DNA of 64,000 bases from Squalus acanthias (lineage: Eukaryota), in the NCBI GenBank assembly GCA_030390025.1, contig JASTWF010000330.1:124001-188000 (forward strand). Reading direction: 5' to 3'. Position numbers and translations under genes: made by a program. Numbering within the stretch: the stretch's first letter is position 1; each line of letters begins with the position of its first letter. Below the pieces are notes generated by a model, which was not told the DNA's origin, made no database searches, and worked only from the letters and a program-made list of their open reading frames with translations. This document shows, in pieces, positions 33,380-48,300 of the stretch.

Positions 33380-36300
33380 AACACCAAGGGAATACCCTCC
33401 TTCTGAAGCCCATGGGAATACCCTCCCTCTGAACACCAAGGGTATACCATCCCCCTAAACACCAGGGGAATACCCTCCCCCTTAACACCAGGGGAATACC
33501 CTCCCCTTAACACCATGGGAATACCCTCCCCCTTAACACCAGAGGAATACCCTCCCCCTGAACACAAAGGGAATACCCTCCCCCTTAACACCAGGGGAAT
33601 ACCCTCCCCCTTAACACCTGGGGAATACCCTCCCCCTTAACACCAGGGGAATACCCTCCCCCTTAACACCATGGGAATACCCTCCCCCTTAACACCAGGG
33701 GAATACCCTCCCCCTGAACACCAGGGGAATACCCTCCCCCTTAACACCAGGGGAATACCCTCCCCCTGAACACCATGGGAATACCCTCCCCCTTAACACC
33801 AGGGGAATACCCTCCCCCTGAACACCAGGGGAATACCCTCCCCCTTAACACCAGGGGAATACCCTCCCCCTGAACACCATGGGAATACCCTCCCTCTGAA
33901 CACCAGGGGAATACCCTCCCCCTTAACACCAGGGGAATACCCTCCCCCTTAACACCATGGGAATACCCTCCCCCTGAACACCAGGGGAATACCCTCCCCC
34001 TTAACACCAGGGGAATACCCTCCCCCTTAACACCATGGGAATACCCTCCCCCTTAACACCAGGGGAATACCGTCCCCCTTAACACCAGGGGAATACCCTC
34101 CCCCTTAACACCAGGGGAATACCCTCCCCCTGAACACCATGGGAATACCCTCCCCCTTAACACCAGGGGAATACCCTCCCCCTTAACACCAGGGGAATAC
34201 CCTCCCCCTGAACACCATGGGAATACCCTCCCCCTTAACACCAGGGGAATACCCTCCCCCTTAACACCAGGGGAATACCCTCCCCCTTAACACCAGGGGA
34301 ATCCCCTCCCCCTTAACACCAGGGGAATACCATCCCCCTAAACACCAGGGGAATACCCTCCCCTTAACACCATGGGAATACCCTCCCCCTTAACACCAGG
34401 GGAATACCCTCCCCCTTAACACCAGGGGAATACCCTCCCCCTGAACACCATGGGAATACCCTCCCCCTTAACACCATGGGAATACCCTCCCCCTTAACAC
34501 CATGGGAATACCCTCCCCTTAACACCATGGGAATACCCTCCCCCTTAACACCATGGGAATACCCTCCCCCTTAACACCAGGGGAATACCCTCCCCCTTAA
34601 CACCAGGGGAATACCCTCCCCCTTAACACCAGGGGAATACCCTCCCCCTTAACACCAGGGGAATACCCTCCCCCTTAACACCAGGGGAATACCCTCCCCC
34701 TTAACACCAGGGGAATACCCTCCCCCTTAACACCATGGGAATACCCTCCCCCTTAACACCATGGGAATACCCTCCCCCTGAACACCATGGGAATACCCTC
34801 CCCCTTAACACCAGGGGAATACCCTCCCCCTTAACACCAGGGAATACCCTCCCCCTTAACACCATGGGAATACCCTCCCCCTGAACACCATGGGAATACC
34901 CTCCCCCTTAACACCAGGGAATACCCTCCCCTTAACACCAGGGGAATACCCTCCCCCTTAACACCAGGGGAATACCCTCCCCCTTAACACCATGGGAATA
35001 CCCACCCCCTTAACACCAGGGGAATACCCTCCCCCTTAACACCATGGGAATACCCTCCCCCCTTAACACCAGGGGAATACCCTCCCCCATAACACCATGG
35101 GAATACCCTCCCCCTTAACACCAGGGGAATACCCACCCTCTGAACACCAGGGGAATACCCTCCCCCTTAACACCATGGGAATACCCTCCCCCTGAACACC
35201 CTGGAAATACCCTCCCCCTTAACACCAGGGGAATACCCTCCCCCTAACACCAGGGAATACCTTCCCCCTTAACACCCTGGGAATACCCTCCCCCTTAACA
35301 CCAGGGGAATACCTTCCCCCTTAACACCAGGGGAATACCCTCCCTCTGAACACCATGGGAATACCCTCCCCCTTAACACCAGGGGAATACCTTCCCCCTT
35401 AACACCCTGGGAATACCCTCCCCCTGAACACCAGGGGAATACCCTCCCCCTTAACACCAGGGGTATACCCTCCCCCTTAACACCAGGGGAATACCCTCCC
35501 CCTGAACACCAGGGGAATACCCTCCCCCTTAACACCAGGGGAATACCCTCCCCCTTAACACCAGGGGAATACCCTCCCCCTGAACACCATGGGAATACCC
35601 TCCCCCTAACACCATGGGAATACCCTCCCCCTGAACACCATGGGAATACCCTCCCCCTGAACACCAGGGGAATACCCTCCCCCTTAACACCAGGGGAATA
35701 CCCTCCCCCTTAACACCAGGGGAATACCCTCCCCCTTAACACCATGGGAATACCCCTCCCCTGAACACCATGGGAATACCCTCCCCCTTAACACCATGGG
35801 AATACCCTCCCCCTTAACACCATGGGAATACCCTCCCCCTTAACACCAGGGGAATACCCTCCCCCGTTAACACCATGGGAATACCCTCCCCCTTAACACC
35901 AGGGGAATACCCTCCCCTCTGAACACCAGGGGAATACCCTCCCCCTTAACACCAGGGGAATACCCTCCCCCTGAACACCAGGGGAATCCCCTCCCCCTTA
36001 ACACCATGGGAATACCCTCCCCCTTAACACCAGGGGAATACCCTCCCCCTTAACACCAGGGGAATACCCTCCCCCTTAACACCAGGGGAATACCCTCCCC
36101 CTTAACACCAGGGGAATACCCTCCCCCTTAACACCAGGGGAATACCCTCCCCCTTAACACCAGGGGAATACCCTCCCCCTTAACACCATGGGAATACCCT
36201 CCCCCTTAACACCAGGGGAATACCCTCCCCCTTAACACCAGGGGAATACCCTCCCCCTTAACACCATGGGAATCCCCTCCCCTTAACACCATGGGAATAC

Positions 36301-39300
36301 CCTCCCCCTTAACACCATGGGAATACCCTCCCCCTGAACACCAGGGGAATACCCTCCCCCTTAACACCATGGGAATACCCTCCCCCTTAACACCATGGGA
36401 ATACCCTCCCCCTGAACACCAGGGGAATACCCTCCCCCTTAACACCAGGGGAATACCCTCCCCCTTAACACCAGGGGAATACCCTCCCCCTTAACACCAT
36501 GGGAATACCCTCCCCCTGAACACCATGGGAATACCCTCCCCTTAACACCAGGGGAATACCCTCCCCCTTAACACCAGGGGAATACCCTCCCCCTTAACAC
36601 CATGGGAATACCCTCCCCCTTAACACCCTGGGAATACCCTCCCCCTTATCACCATGGGAATACCCTCCCCCTTAACACCAGGGGAATACCCTCCCCTTAA
36701 CACCATGGGAATACCCTCCCCTTAACACCATGGGAATACCCTCCCCTTAACACCATGGGAATACCCTCCCCCTTAACACCAGGGGAATACCCTCCCCCTT
36801 AACACCAGGGGAATACCCGCCCCCTTAACACCAGGGGAATACCCACCCCCTTAACACCAGGGGAATACCCTCCCTCTTAACACCAGGGGAATACCCGCCC
36901 CCTTAACACCAGGGGAATACCCACCCCCTTAACACCATGGGAATACCCTCCCCCTTAACACCATGGGAATACCCACCCCCTTAACACCAGGGGAATACCC
37001 TCCCCCTGAACACCATGGGAATACCCTCCCCCTTAACACCATGGGAATACCCTCCCCCTTAACACCAGGGGAATACCCCCCCCCTTAACACCATGGGAAT
37101 ACCCTCCCCCTTCACACCAGGGGAATACCCTCCCCCTTAACACCAGGGGAATACCCCCCCCCTTAACACCATGGGAATACCCTCCCCCTTAACACCAGGG
37201 GAATACCCTCCCCCTTAACACCAGGGGAATACCCCCCCCCTTAACACCAGGGGAATACCCTCCCTCTGAACACCAGGGGAATACCCTCCCCCTTAACACC
37301 AGGAGAATACCCTCCCCCTTAACACCAGGGGAATACCCCCCCCTTAACACCATGGGAATACCCTCCCCCTGAACACCAGGGGAATACCCTCCCCCTTAAC
37401 ACCAGGGGAATACCCTCCCCCTTAACACCAGGGAATACCCTCCCCTTAACACCAGGAGAATAACCTCCCCCTTAACCCCAGGGGAATACCCCCCCTTAAC
37501 ACCATGGGAATACCCTCCCCCTGAACACCAGGGGAATACCCTCCCCCTTAACACCAGGGGAATACCCTGCTCCTTAACACCAGGGGAATACCCCCCCCCT
37601 TAACACCAGGGGAATACCCTCCCCCTTAACACCAGGGGAATACCCTGCTCCCTTAACACCAGGGGAATACCCTCCCCCTTAACACCAGGGGAATACCCTC
37701 CCCCTTAACACCATGGGAATACCCTCCCTCTGAACACCAGGGGAATACCCTCCCCCTTAACACCATGGGAATACCCTCCCCCTTAACACCATGGGAATAC
37801 CCTCCCCCTTAACACCAGGGGAATACCCTCCCCCTTAACACCATGGGAATACCCTCCCCCTTAACACCAGGGGAATACCCTCCCCCTTAACACCAGGGGA
37901 ATACCCTCCGCCTTAACACCATGGGAATACCCTCCCCCTTAACACCATGGGAATACCCTCCCCCTTAACACAAAGGGAATACCCCCCCCTTAACACCAGG
38001 GGAATACCCTCCCCCTTAACACCATGGGAATACCCACCCCCTTAACACCAGAGGAATACCCTCCCCCTTAACACCAGAGGAATACCCTCCCCCTTAACAC
38101 CATGGGAATACCCTCCCCCTGAACACCAGGGGAATACCCTCCCCTTAACACCATGGGAATACCCTCCCCCTTAACACCATGGGAATACCCTCCCCCTTAA
38201 CACCATGGGAATACCCTCCCTCCTGAACACCATGGGAATACCCTCCCCCTGAACACCATGGGAATACCCTCCCCCTTAACACCAGGGGAATACCCTCCCC
38301 CTTAACACCAGGGGAATACCCTCCCCCTTAACACCAGGGGAATACCCTCCCCCTTAACACCATGGGAATACCCTCCCCCTTAACACCAGGGGAATACCCT
38401 CCCCCTTAACACAAAGGGAATACCCCCACCCTTAACACCAGGGAATACCCTCCCCCTTAACACCATGGGAATACCCTCCCCCTTAACACCAGAGGAATAC
38501 CCTCCCCCTTAACACCAGGGGAATACCCTCCCCCTTAACACCAGAGGAATACCCTCCCCCTTAACACCAGAGGAATACCCTCCCCCTTAACACCAGGGGA
38601 ATACCCTCCCCCTTAACACCAGGGAATACCCTCCCCCTTAACACCAGGGGAATAACCTCCCCCTTAACACCATGGGAATACCCTCCCCTTAACACCATGG
38701 GAATACCCTCCCCCTTAACACCATGGGAAAACCCTCCCCCTTAACACCATGGGAATACCCTCCCCCTTAACACCATGGGAATACCCTCCCCCTTAACACC
38801 AGGGGAATACCCTCCCCCTTAACACCATGGGAATACCCTCCCCCTTAACACCAGGGGAATACCCTCCCCCTTAACACCATGGGAATACCCTCCCTCTTAA
38901 CACCATGGGAATACCCTCCCCCTTAACACCAGAGGAATACCCTCCCCCTTAACACCATGGGAATACCCTCCCCCTTAACACCAGGGGAATACCCTCCCCC
39001 TTAACACCAGGGGAATACCCTCCCCCTTAACACCAGGGGAATACCCTCCCCCTTAACACCATGGGAATACCCTCCCCCTTAACACCAGGGGAATACCCCC
39101 CCCCTTAACACCATGGGAATACCCTCCCCCTTAACACCAGGGGAATACCCTCCCCCTGAACACCATGGGAATACCCTCCCCCTTAACACCATGGGAATAC
39201 CCTCCCCCTTAACACCAGGGGAATACCCTCCCTCTTAACACCAGGGGAATACCCTCCCCCTTAACACCAGGGGAATACCCTCCCTCTTAACACCATGGGA

Positions 39301-42300
39301 ATACCCTCCCCCTTAACACCAGGGGAATACCCTCCCCCTTAACACCAGGGGAATACCCTCCCCCTTAACACCATGGGAATACCCTCCCCCTTAACACCAG
39401 GGGAATACCCTCCCCCTTAACACCAGGGGAATACCCTCCCCCTTAACACCAGGGGAATACCCTCCCCCTTAACACCATGGGAATACCCTCCCTCTGAACA
39501 CCAGGGGAATACCCTCCCCCTTAACACAAAGGGAATACCCTCCCCCTTAACACCAGGGGAATACCCTCCCCTTAACACCATGGGAATACCCTCCCCCTTA
39601 ACACCAGGGGAATACCCTCCCTCTGAACACCAGGGGAATACCCTCCCCCTTAACACCAGGGGAATACCCTCCCCCTTAACACCAGGGGAATACCCTCCCC
39701 CTTAACACCAGGGGAATACCCTCCCCCTTAACACCAGGGGAATACCCTCCCCCTTAACACCAGGGGAATACCCTCCCCCTTAACACCATGGGAATACCCT
39801 CCCCCTTAACACCAGGGGAATACCCTCCCCCTTAACACCAGGGGAATACCCTCCCCCTTAACACCATGGGAATACCCTCCCCCTGAACACCAGGGGAATA
39901 CCCTCCCCCTTAACACCAGGGGAATACCCTCCCCCTTAACACCAGTGGAATACCCTCCCCCTTAACACCAGGGGAATACCCTCCCCTTAACACCAGGGGA
40001 ATACCCTCCCCCTTAACACCAGGGGAATACCCTCCCCCTTAACACCAGGGGAATACCCTCCCCCTTAACACCAGGGGAATACCCTCCCCCTTAACACCAG
40101 GGGAATACCCTCCCCCTTAACACCAGGGGAATACCCTCCCCCTTAACACCAGGGGAATACCCTCCCCCTGAACACCAGGGGAATACCCTCCCCCTTAACA
40201 CCAGGGGAATACCCTCCCCCTTAACACCAGTGGAATACCCTCCCCCTTAACACCAGGGGAATACCCTCCCCCTTAACACCAGGGGAATACCCTCCCCTTA
40301 ACACCAGGGGAATACCCTCCCCCTTAACACCAGGGGAATACCCTCCCCCTTAACACCAGGGGAATACCCTCCCCCTTAACACCATGGGAATACCCCCCCC
40401 TGAACACCAGGGGAATACCCTCCCCCTTAACACCAGGGGAATACCCTCCCCCTTAACACCAGGGGAATACCCTCCCCTTAACACCAGGGGAATACCCTCC
40501 CCCTTAACACCAGGGGAATACCCTCCCCCTTAACACCAGGGGAATACCCTCCCCCTTAACACCAGGGGAATACCCTCCCCTTAACACCAGGGGAATACCC
40601 TCCCCCTGAACACCAGGGGAATACCCTCCCCCTTAACACCAGGGGAATACCCTCCCCTTAACACCAGGGGAATACCCTCCCCCTTAACACCATGGGAATA
40701 CCCTCCCCCTTAACACCATGGGAATACCCTCCCCCTTAACACCATGGGAATACCCTCCCCCTTAACACCATGGGAATACCCTCCCCTTAACACCAGGGGA
40801 ATACCCTCCCCCTGAACACCAGAGGAATACCCTCCCCCTTAACACCATGGGAATACCCTCCCCCTTAACACCAGGGGAATACCCTCCCCTTAACACCATG
40901 GGAATACCCTCCCCCTTAACACCAGGGGAATACCCTCCCCTTAACACCAGGGGAATACCCTCCCCCTGAACACCATGGGAATACTCTCCCCCTTAACACC
41001 AGGGGAATACCCCCCCTTAACACCATGGGAATACCCTCCCCCTGAACACCAGGGAATACCCCCCCCTTAACACCAGGGGAATACCCTCCCCCTGAACACC
41101 ATGGGAATACCCTCCCCCTTAACACCAGGGGAATCCCCTCCCCTTAACACCATGGGAATACCCTCCCCCTTAACACCAGGGGAATACCCTCCCCCTTAAC
41201 ACCATGGGAATACCCTCCCCCTTAACACCAGGGGAATACCCTCCCCCTTAACACCATGGGAATACCCTCCCCCTTAACACCATGGAAATACCCTCCCCCT
41301 TAACACCAGGGGAATACCCTCCCCCTGAACACCAGGGGAATACCCTCCCCCTGAACACCAGGGGAATACCCTCCCCCTTAACACCAGGGGAATACCCTCC
41401 CCCTTAACACCAGAGGAATACCCTCCCCCTTAACACCATGGGAATACCCTCCCCCTTAACACCAGGGGAATACCCTCCCCCTTAACACCATGGGAATACC
41501 CTCCCCCTTAACACCAGGGGAATACCCTCCCCCTTAACACCATGGGAATACCCTCCCCCTTAACACCATGGAAATACCCTCCCCCTTAACACCAGGGGAA
41601 TACCCTCCCCCTTAACACCAGAGGAATACCCTCCCCCTGAACACCAGGGGAATACCCTCCCCCTTAACACCATGGGAATACCCTCCCCCTGAACACCAGG
41701 GAATACCCCCCCCTTAACACCAGGGGAATACCCTCCCCCTTAACACCAGGGGAATACCCTCCCCCTTAACACCATGGGAATACCCACCCCCTTAACACCA
41801 TGGGAATACCCTCCCCCTTAACACCAGGGGAATACCCTCCCCCTGAACACCAGGGGAATACCCCCCCCCTTAACACCAGGGGAATACCCCCCCCCTTAAC
41901 ACCATGGGAATACCCTCCCCCTTAACACCAGGGGAATACCCTCCCCCTTAACACCAGGGGAATCCCCTCCCCCTTAACACCAGGGAAATACCCTCCCCCT
42001 TAACACCAGGGGAATACCCTCCCCCTTAACACCAGGGGAATACCCTCCCCCTTAACACCATGGGAATACCCTCCCCCTTAACACCAGGGGAATACCCTCC
42101 CCCTTAACACCATGGGAATACCCTCCCCCTTAACACCATGGGAATACCCTCCCCCTGAACACCATGGGAATACCCTCCCCCTGAACACCATGGGAATACC
42201 CTCCCTCTGAACACCATGTGAATACCCTCCCCCTTAACACCAGGGGAATACCCTCCCCCTTAACACCAGGGGAATACCCTCCCCTTAACACCAGGGGAAT

Positions 42301-45300
42301 ACCCTCCCCCTTAACACTAGGGGAATACCCTCCCCCTGAACACCATGGGAATACCCTCCCCCTTAACACCAGGGGAATACCCTCCCCCTTAACACCATGG
42401 GAATACCCTCCCCCTGAACACCAGGGGAATACCCTCCCTCTGAACACCATGTGAATACCCTCCCCCTTAACACCAGGGGAATACCCTCCCCCTTAACACC
42501 AGGGGAATACCCTCCCCCTTAACACCAGGGGAATACCCTCCCCCTGAACACCATGGGAATACCCTCCCCCTTAACACCAGGGGAATACCCTCCCCCTTAA
42601 CACCAGGGGAATACCCTCCCCCTTAACACCAGGGGAATACCCTCCCCCTTAACACCATGGGAATACCCTCCCCCTTAACACCAGGGGAATACCCTCCCTC
42701 TGAACACCATGTGAATACCCTCCCCCTTAACACCAGGGGAATACCCTCCCCCTTAACACCAGGGGAATACCCTCCCCCTTAACACCAGGGGAATACCCTC
42801 CCCCTTAACACCAGGGGAATACCCTCTCCCTTAACACCAGGGGAATACCCTCCCCCTGAACACCATGGGAATACCCTCCCCCTGAACACCATGGGAATAC
42901 CCTCCCCATTAACACCATGGGAATACCCTCCCCCTTAACACCAGGGGAATACCCTCCCCCTTAACACCATGGGAATACCCTCCCCCTGAACACCAGGGGA
43001 ATACCCTCCCCCTTAACACCAGGGAAATACCCTCCCCCTTAACACCATGGGAATACCCTCTCCCTTAACACCAGGGGAATACCCTCCCCCTGAACACCAT
43101 GGGAATACCCTCCCCCTTAACACCAGGGGAATACCCTCCCCCTTAACACCATGGGAATACCCTCCCCCTTAACACCACGGGAATACCCTCCCCCTTAACA
43201 CCATGGGAATACCCACCCCCTTAACACCATGGGAATACCCTCCCCCATAACACCAGGGAAATACCCTCCCCCTTAACACCATGGGAATACCCTCCCCCTT
43301 AACACCATGGGAATACCCTCCCCTTAACACCACGGGAATACCCTCCCCCTTAACACCACGGGAATACCCTCCCCCTTAACACCCTGGGAATACCCTCCCC
43401 CTTAACACCAGGGGAATACCCTCCCCTTAACACCATGGGAATACCCTCCCCCTTAACACCAGGGGAATACCCTCCCCTTTAACACCATGGGAATACCCTC
43501 CCCCTTAACACCAGGGGAATACCCTCCCTCTGAACACCACGGGAATACCCTCCCTCTGAACACCATGGGAATACCCTCCCCCTTAACACCATGGGAATAC
43601 CCTCCCCCTTAACACCAGGGGAATACCCTCCCCCTTAACACCATGGGAATACCCTCCCCCTTAACACCAGGGGAATACCCTCCCCCTTAACACCAGGGGA
43701 ATACCCTCCCCCTTAACACCAGGGAAATACCCTCCCCCTTAACACCAGGGGAATACCCTCCCCCTTAACACCAGGGGAATACCCTCCCCCTTAACACCAG
43801 GGAATCCCCTCCCCCTGAACACCAGGGGAATACCCTCCCCCTTAACACCAGGGGAATACCCTCCCCCTGAACACCAGGGGAATACCCTCCCCCTTAACAC
43901 CAGGGGAATACCCCCCCCCTTAACACCAGGGGAATACCCTCCCCCTTAACACCAGGGGAATACCCCCCCCCTTAACACCAGGGGAATACCCTCCCCCTTA
44001 ACACCAGGGGAATACCCTCCCCCTTAACACCAGGGGAATACCCTCCCCCTGAACACCAGGGGAATACCCTCCCCCTGAACACCAGGGGAATACCCTCCCC
44101 CTGAACACCAGGGGAATACCCTCCCCCTGAACACCAGGGGAATACCCTCCCCCTTAACACCAGGGGAATACCCTCCCCCTTAACACCAGGGGAATACCCT
44201 CCCCCTGAACACCAGGGGAATACCCTCCCCCTGAACACCAGGGGAATACCCTCCCCCTGAACACCAGGGGAATACCCTCCCCCTTATCACCATGGGAATA
44301 CCCTCCCCCTTAACACCAGGGGAATACCCCCCCCCTTAACACCAGGGGAATACCCTCCCCCTTAACACCAGGGGAATACCCTCCCCCTGAACACCATGGG
44401 AATACCCTCCCCCTTAACACCAGGGGAATACCCTCCCCCTTAACACCAGGGGAATACCCTCCCCCTTAACACCAGGGGAATACCCTCCCCCTTAACACCA
44501 TGGGAATACCCTCCCCCTTAACACCATGGGAATACCCTCCCCCTTAACACCAGGGGAATACCCTCCCCCTTAACACCAGGGGAATACCCTCCCCCTTAAC
44601 ACCAGGGGAATACCCTCCCCCTGAACACCAGGGGAATACCCCCCCCCCTTAACACCATGGAAATACCCTCCCCCTGAACACCAGGGGAATACCCTCCCCC
44701 TTAACACCATGGGAATACCCTCCCTCTGAACACCATGGGAATACCCTCCCTCTTAACACCAGGGGAATACCCTCCCCCTTAACACCAGGGGAATACCCTC
44801 CCCCTGAACACCATGGGAATACCCACCCCCTTAACACCATGGGAATACCCTTCCCCTTAACACCAGGGGAATACCCTCCCCCTTAACACCAGGGGAATAC
44901 CCTCCCCCTGAACACCAGGGGAATACCCTCCCCCTGAACACCATGGGAATACCCTCCCCCTTAACACCATGGGAATACCCTCCCCCTTAACACCAGGGGA
45001 ATACCCTCCCCCTTAACACCAGGGGAATACCCTCCCCCTTAACACCAGGGGAATACCCTCCCCCTTAACACCAGGGGAATACCCTCCCCCTGAACACCAT
45101 GGGAATACCCTCCCCCTTAACACCAGGGGAATCCCCTCCCCCTTAACACCAGGGGAATCCCCTCCCCCTTAACACCAGGGGAATACCCTCCCCCTTAACA
45201 CCAGGGGAATACCCTCCCCCTTAACACCAGGGGAATACCCTCCCCCTTAACACCAGGGGAATCCCCTCCGCTTAACACCAGGGGAATACCCACCCCATTA

Positions 45301-48300
45301 ACACCATGGGAATACCCTCCCCCTTAACACCATGGGAATACCCTCCCCCTTAACACCAGGGGAATACCCTCCCTCTTAACACCAGGGGAATACCCTCCCC
45401 CTTAACACCAGGGGAATACCCTCCCCCTGAACACCATGGGAATACCCTCCCTCTGAACACCATGGGAATACCCTCCCTCTGAACACCATGGGAATACCCT
45501 CCCCCTGAACACCATGGGAATACCCTCCCCCTGAACACCATGGGAATACCCTCCCCCTGAACACCATGGGAATACCCTCCCCCTTAACACCAGGGGAATA
45601 CCCTCCCCCTTAACACCAGGGGAATACCCTCCCCCTTAACACCAGGGGAATACCCTCCCCCTTAACACCAGGGGAATACCCTCCCCATTAACACCATGGG
45701 AATACCCTCCCTCTTAACACCAGGGGAATACCCTCCCCATTAACACCATGGGAATACCCTCCCCCTGAACACCATGGGAATACCCTCCCCCTTAACACCA
45801 TGGGAATACCCTCCCCATTAACACCATGGGAATACCCTCCCTCTTAACACCAGGGGAATACCCTCCCCCTTAACACCAGGGGAATACCCTCCCCCTTAAC
45901 ACCAGGGGAATACCCTCCCCCTGAACACCAGGGGAATACCCTCCCCCTGAACACCAGGGGAATACCCTCCCCCTTAACACCAGGGGAATACCCTCCCCCT
46001 TAACACCATGGGAATACCCTCCCCCTGAACACCAGGGGAATACCCTCCCCCTGAACACCAGGGGAATACCCTCCCCCTTAACACCATGGGAATACCCTCC
46101 CCCTGAACACCAGGGGAATACCCCCCCCCTTAACACCAGGGGAATACCCTCCCCCTTAACACCAGGGGAATACCCTCCCCCTGAACACCATGGGAATACC
46201 CTCCCCCTTAACACCAGGGGAATACCCTCCCCCTTAACACCAGGGGAATACCCTCCCCCTTAACACCATGGGAATACCCTCCCCCTTAACACCATGGGAA
46301 TACCCTCCCCCTTAACACCAGGGGAATACCCTCCCCCTTAACACCATGGGAATACCCTCCGCCTTAACACCATGGGAATACCCTCCGCCTTAACACCATG
46401 GGAATACCCTCCCCCTTAACACCAGGGGAATACCCTCCCCCTGAACACCAGGGGAATACCCCCCCCCTTAACACCAGGGGAATACCCTCCCCCTTAACAC
46501 CAGGGGAATACCCTCCCCCTTAACACCAGGGGAATACCCTCCCTCTTAACACCAGGGGAATACCCTCCCCCTGCACACCAGGGGAATACCCTCCCCCTTA
46601 ACACCATGGGAATACCCTCCCTCTGAACACCATGGGAATACCCTCCCTCTTAACACCAGGGGAATACCCTCCCTCTTAACACCAGGGGAATACCCTCCCC
46701 CTTAACACCATGGGAATACCCTCCCCCTTAACACCAGGGGAATACCCTCCCCCTGAACACCATGGGAATACCCTCCCTCTGAACACCATGGGAATACCCT
46801 CCCTCTGAACACCATGGGAATACCCTCCCTCTGAACACCATGGGAATACCCTCCCCCTGAACACCATGGGAATACCCTCCCCCTGAACACCATGGGAATA
46901 CCCTTCCCCTTAACACCAGGGGAATACCCTCCCCCTTAACACCAGGGGAATACCCTCCCCCTTAACACCATGGGAATACCCTCCCCCTTAACACCAGGGG
47001 AATACCCTCCCCCTTAACACCAGGGGAATACCCTCCCCCTTAACACCAGGGGAATACCCTCCCCCTTAACACCAGGGGAATACCCTCCCCCTTAACACCA
47101 GGGGAATACCCTCCCCCTGAACACCAGGGGAATACCCTCCCCCTTAACACCATGGGAATACCCTCCCCCTTAACACCATGGGAATACCCTCCCCCTTAAC
47201 ACCAGGGGAATACCCTCCCTCTGAACACCATGGGAATACCCTCCCTCTGAACACCATGGGAATACCCTCCCCCTGAACACCATGGGAATACCCTCCCCCT
47301 GAACACCATGGGAATACCCTCCCCCTTAACACCAGGGGAATACCCTCCCCCTTAACACCAGGGGAATACCCTCCCCCTTAACACCAGGGGAATACCCTCC
47401 CCCTTAACACCAGGGGAATACCCTCCCCATTAACACCATGGGAATACCCTCCCTCTTAACACCAGGGGAATACCCTCCCCCTTAACACCATGGGAATACC
47501 CTCCCCCTGAACACCATGGGAATACCCTCCCCCTTAACACCATGGGAATACCCTCCCCATTAACACCATGGGAATACCCTCCCCTCTTAACACCAGGGGA
47601 ATACCCTCCCCCTTAACACCAGGGGAATACCCTCCCCCTTAACACCAGGGGAATACCCTCCCCCTTAACACCAGGGGAATACCCTCCCCCTGAACACCAT
47701 GGGAATACCCCCCCCCTTAACACCAGGGGAATACCCTCCCCCTTAACACCAGGGGAATACCCTCCCCCTTAACACCAGGGGAATACCCTCCCCCTTAACA
47801 CCAGGGGAATACCCACCCCCTTAACACCATGGGAATACCCTCCCCCTTAACACCAGGGGAATACCCTCCCCCTTAACACCATGGGAATACCCTCCGCCTT
47901 AACACCAGGGGAATACCCTCCCCCTTAACACCAGGGGAATACCCTCCCCCTTAACACCATGGGAATACCCTCCCCCTGAACACCAGGGGAATCCTCTCCC
48001 CTGAACACCAGGGGAATCCCCTCCCCCTTAACACCAGGGAATCCCCTCCCCCTTAACACCAGAGGAATACCCTCCCCCTTAACACCATGGGAATACCCTC
48101 CCCCTTAACACCAGGGGAATACCCTCCCCCTTAACACCAGGGGAATACCCTCCCCCTTAACACCAGGGGAATACCCTCCCCCTTAACACCAGGGGAATAC
48201 CCTCCCCCTTAACACCAGGGGAATACCCTCCCCCTTAACACCAGGGGAATACCCTCCCCCTTAACACCATGGGAATACCCTCCCCCTGAACACCAGGGGA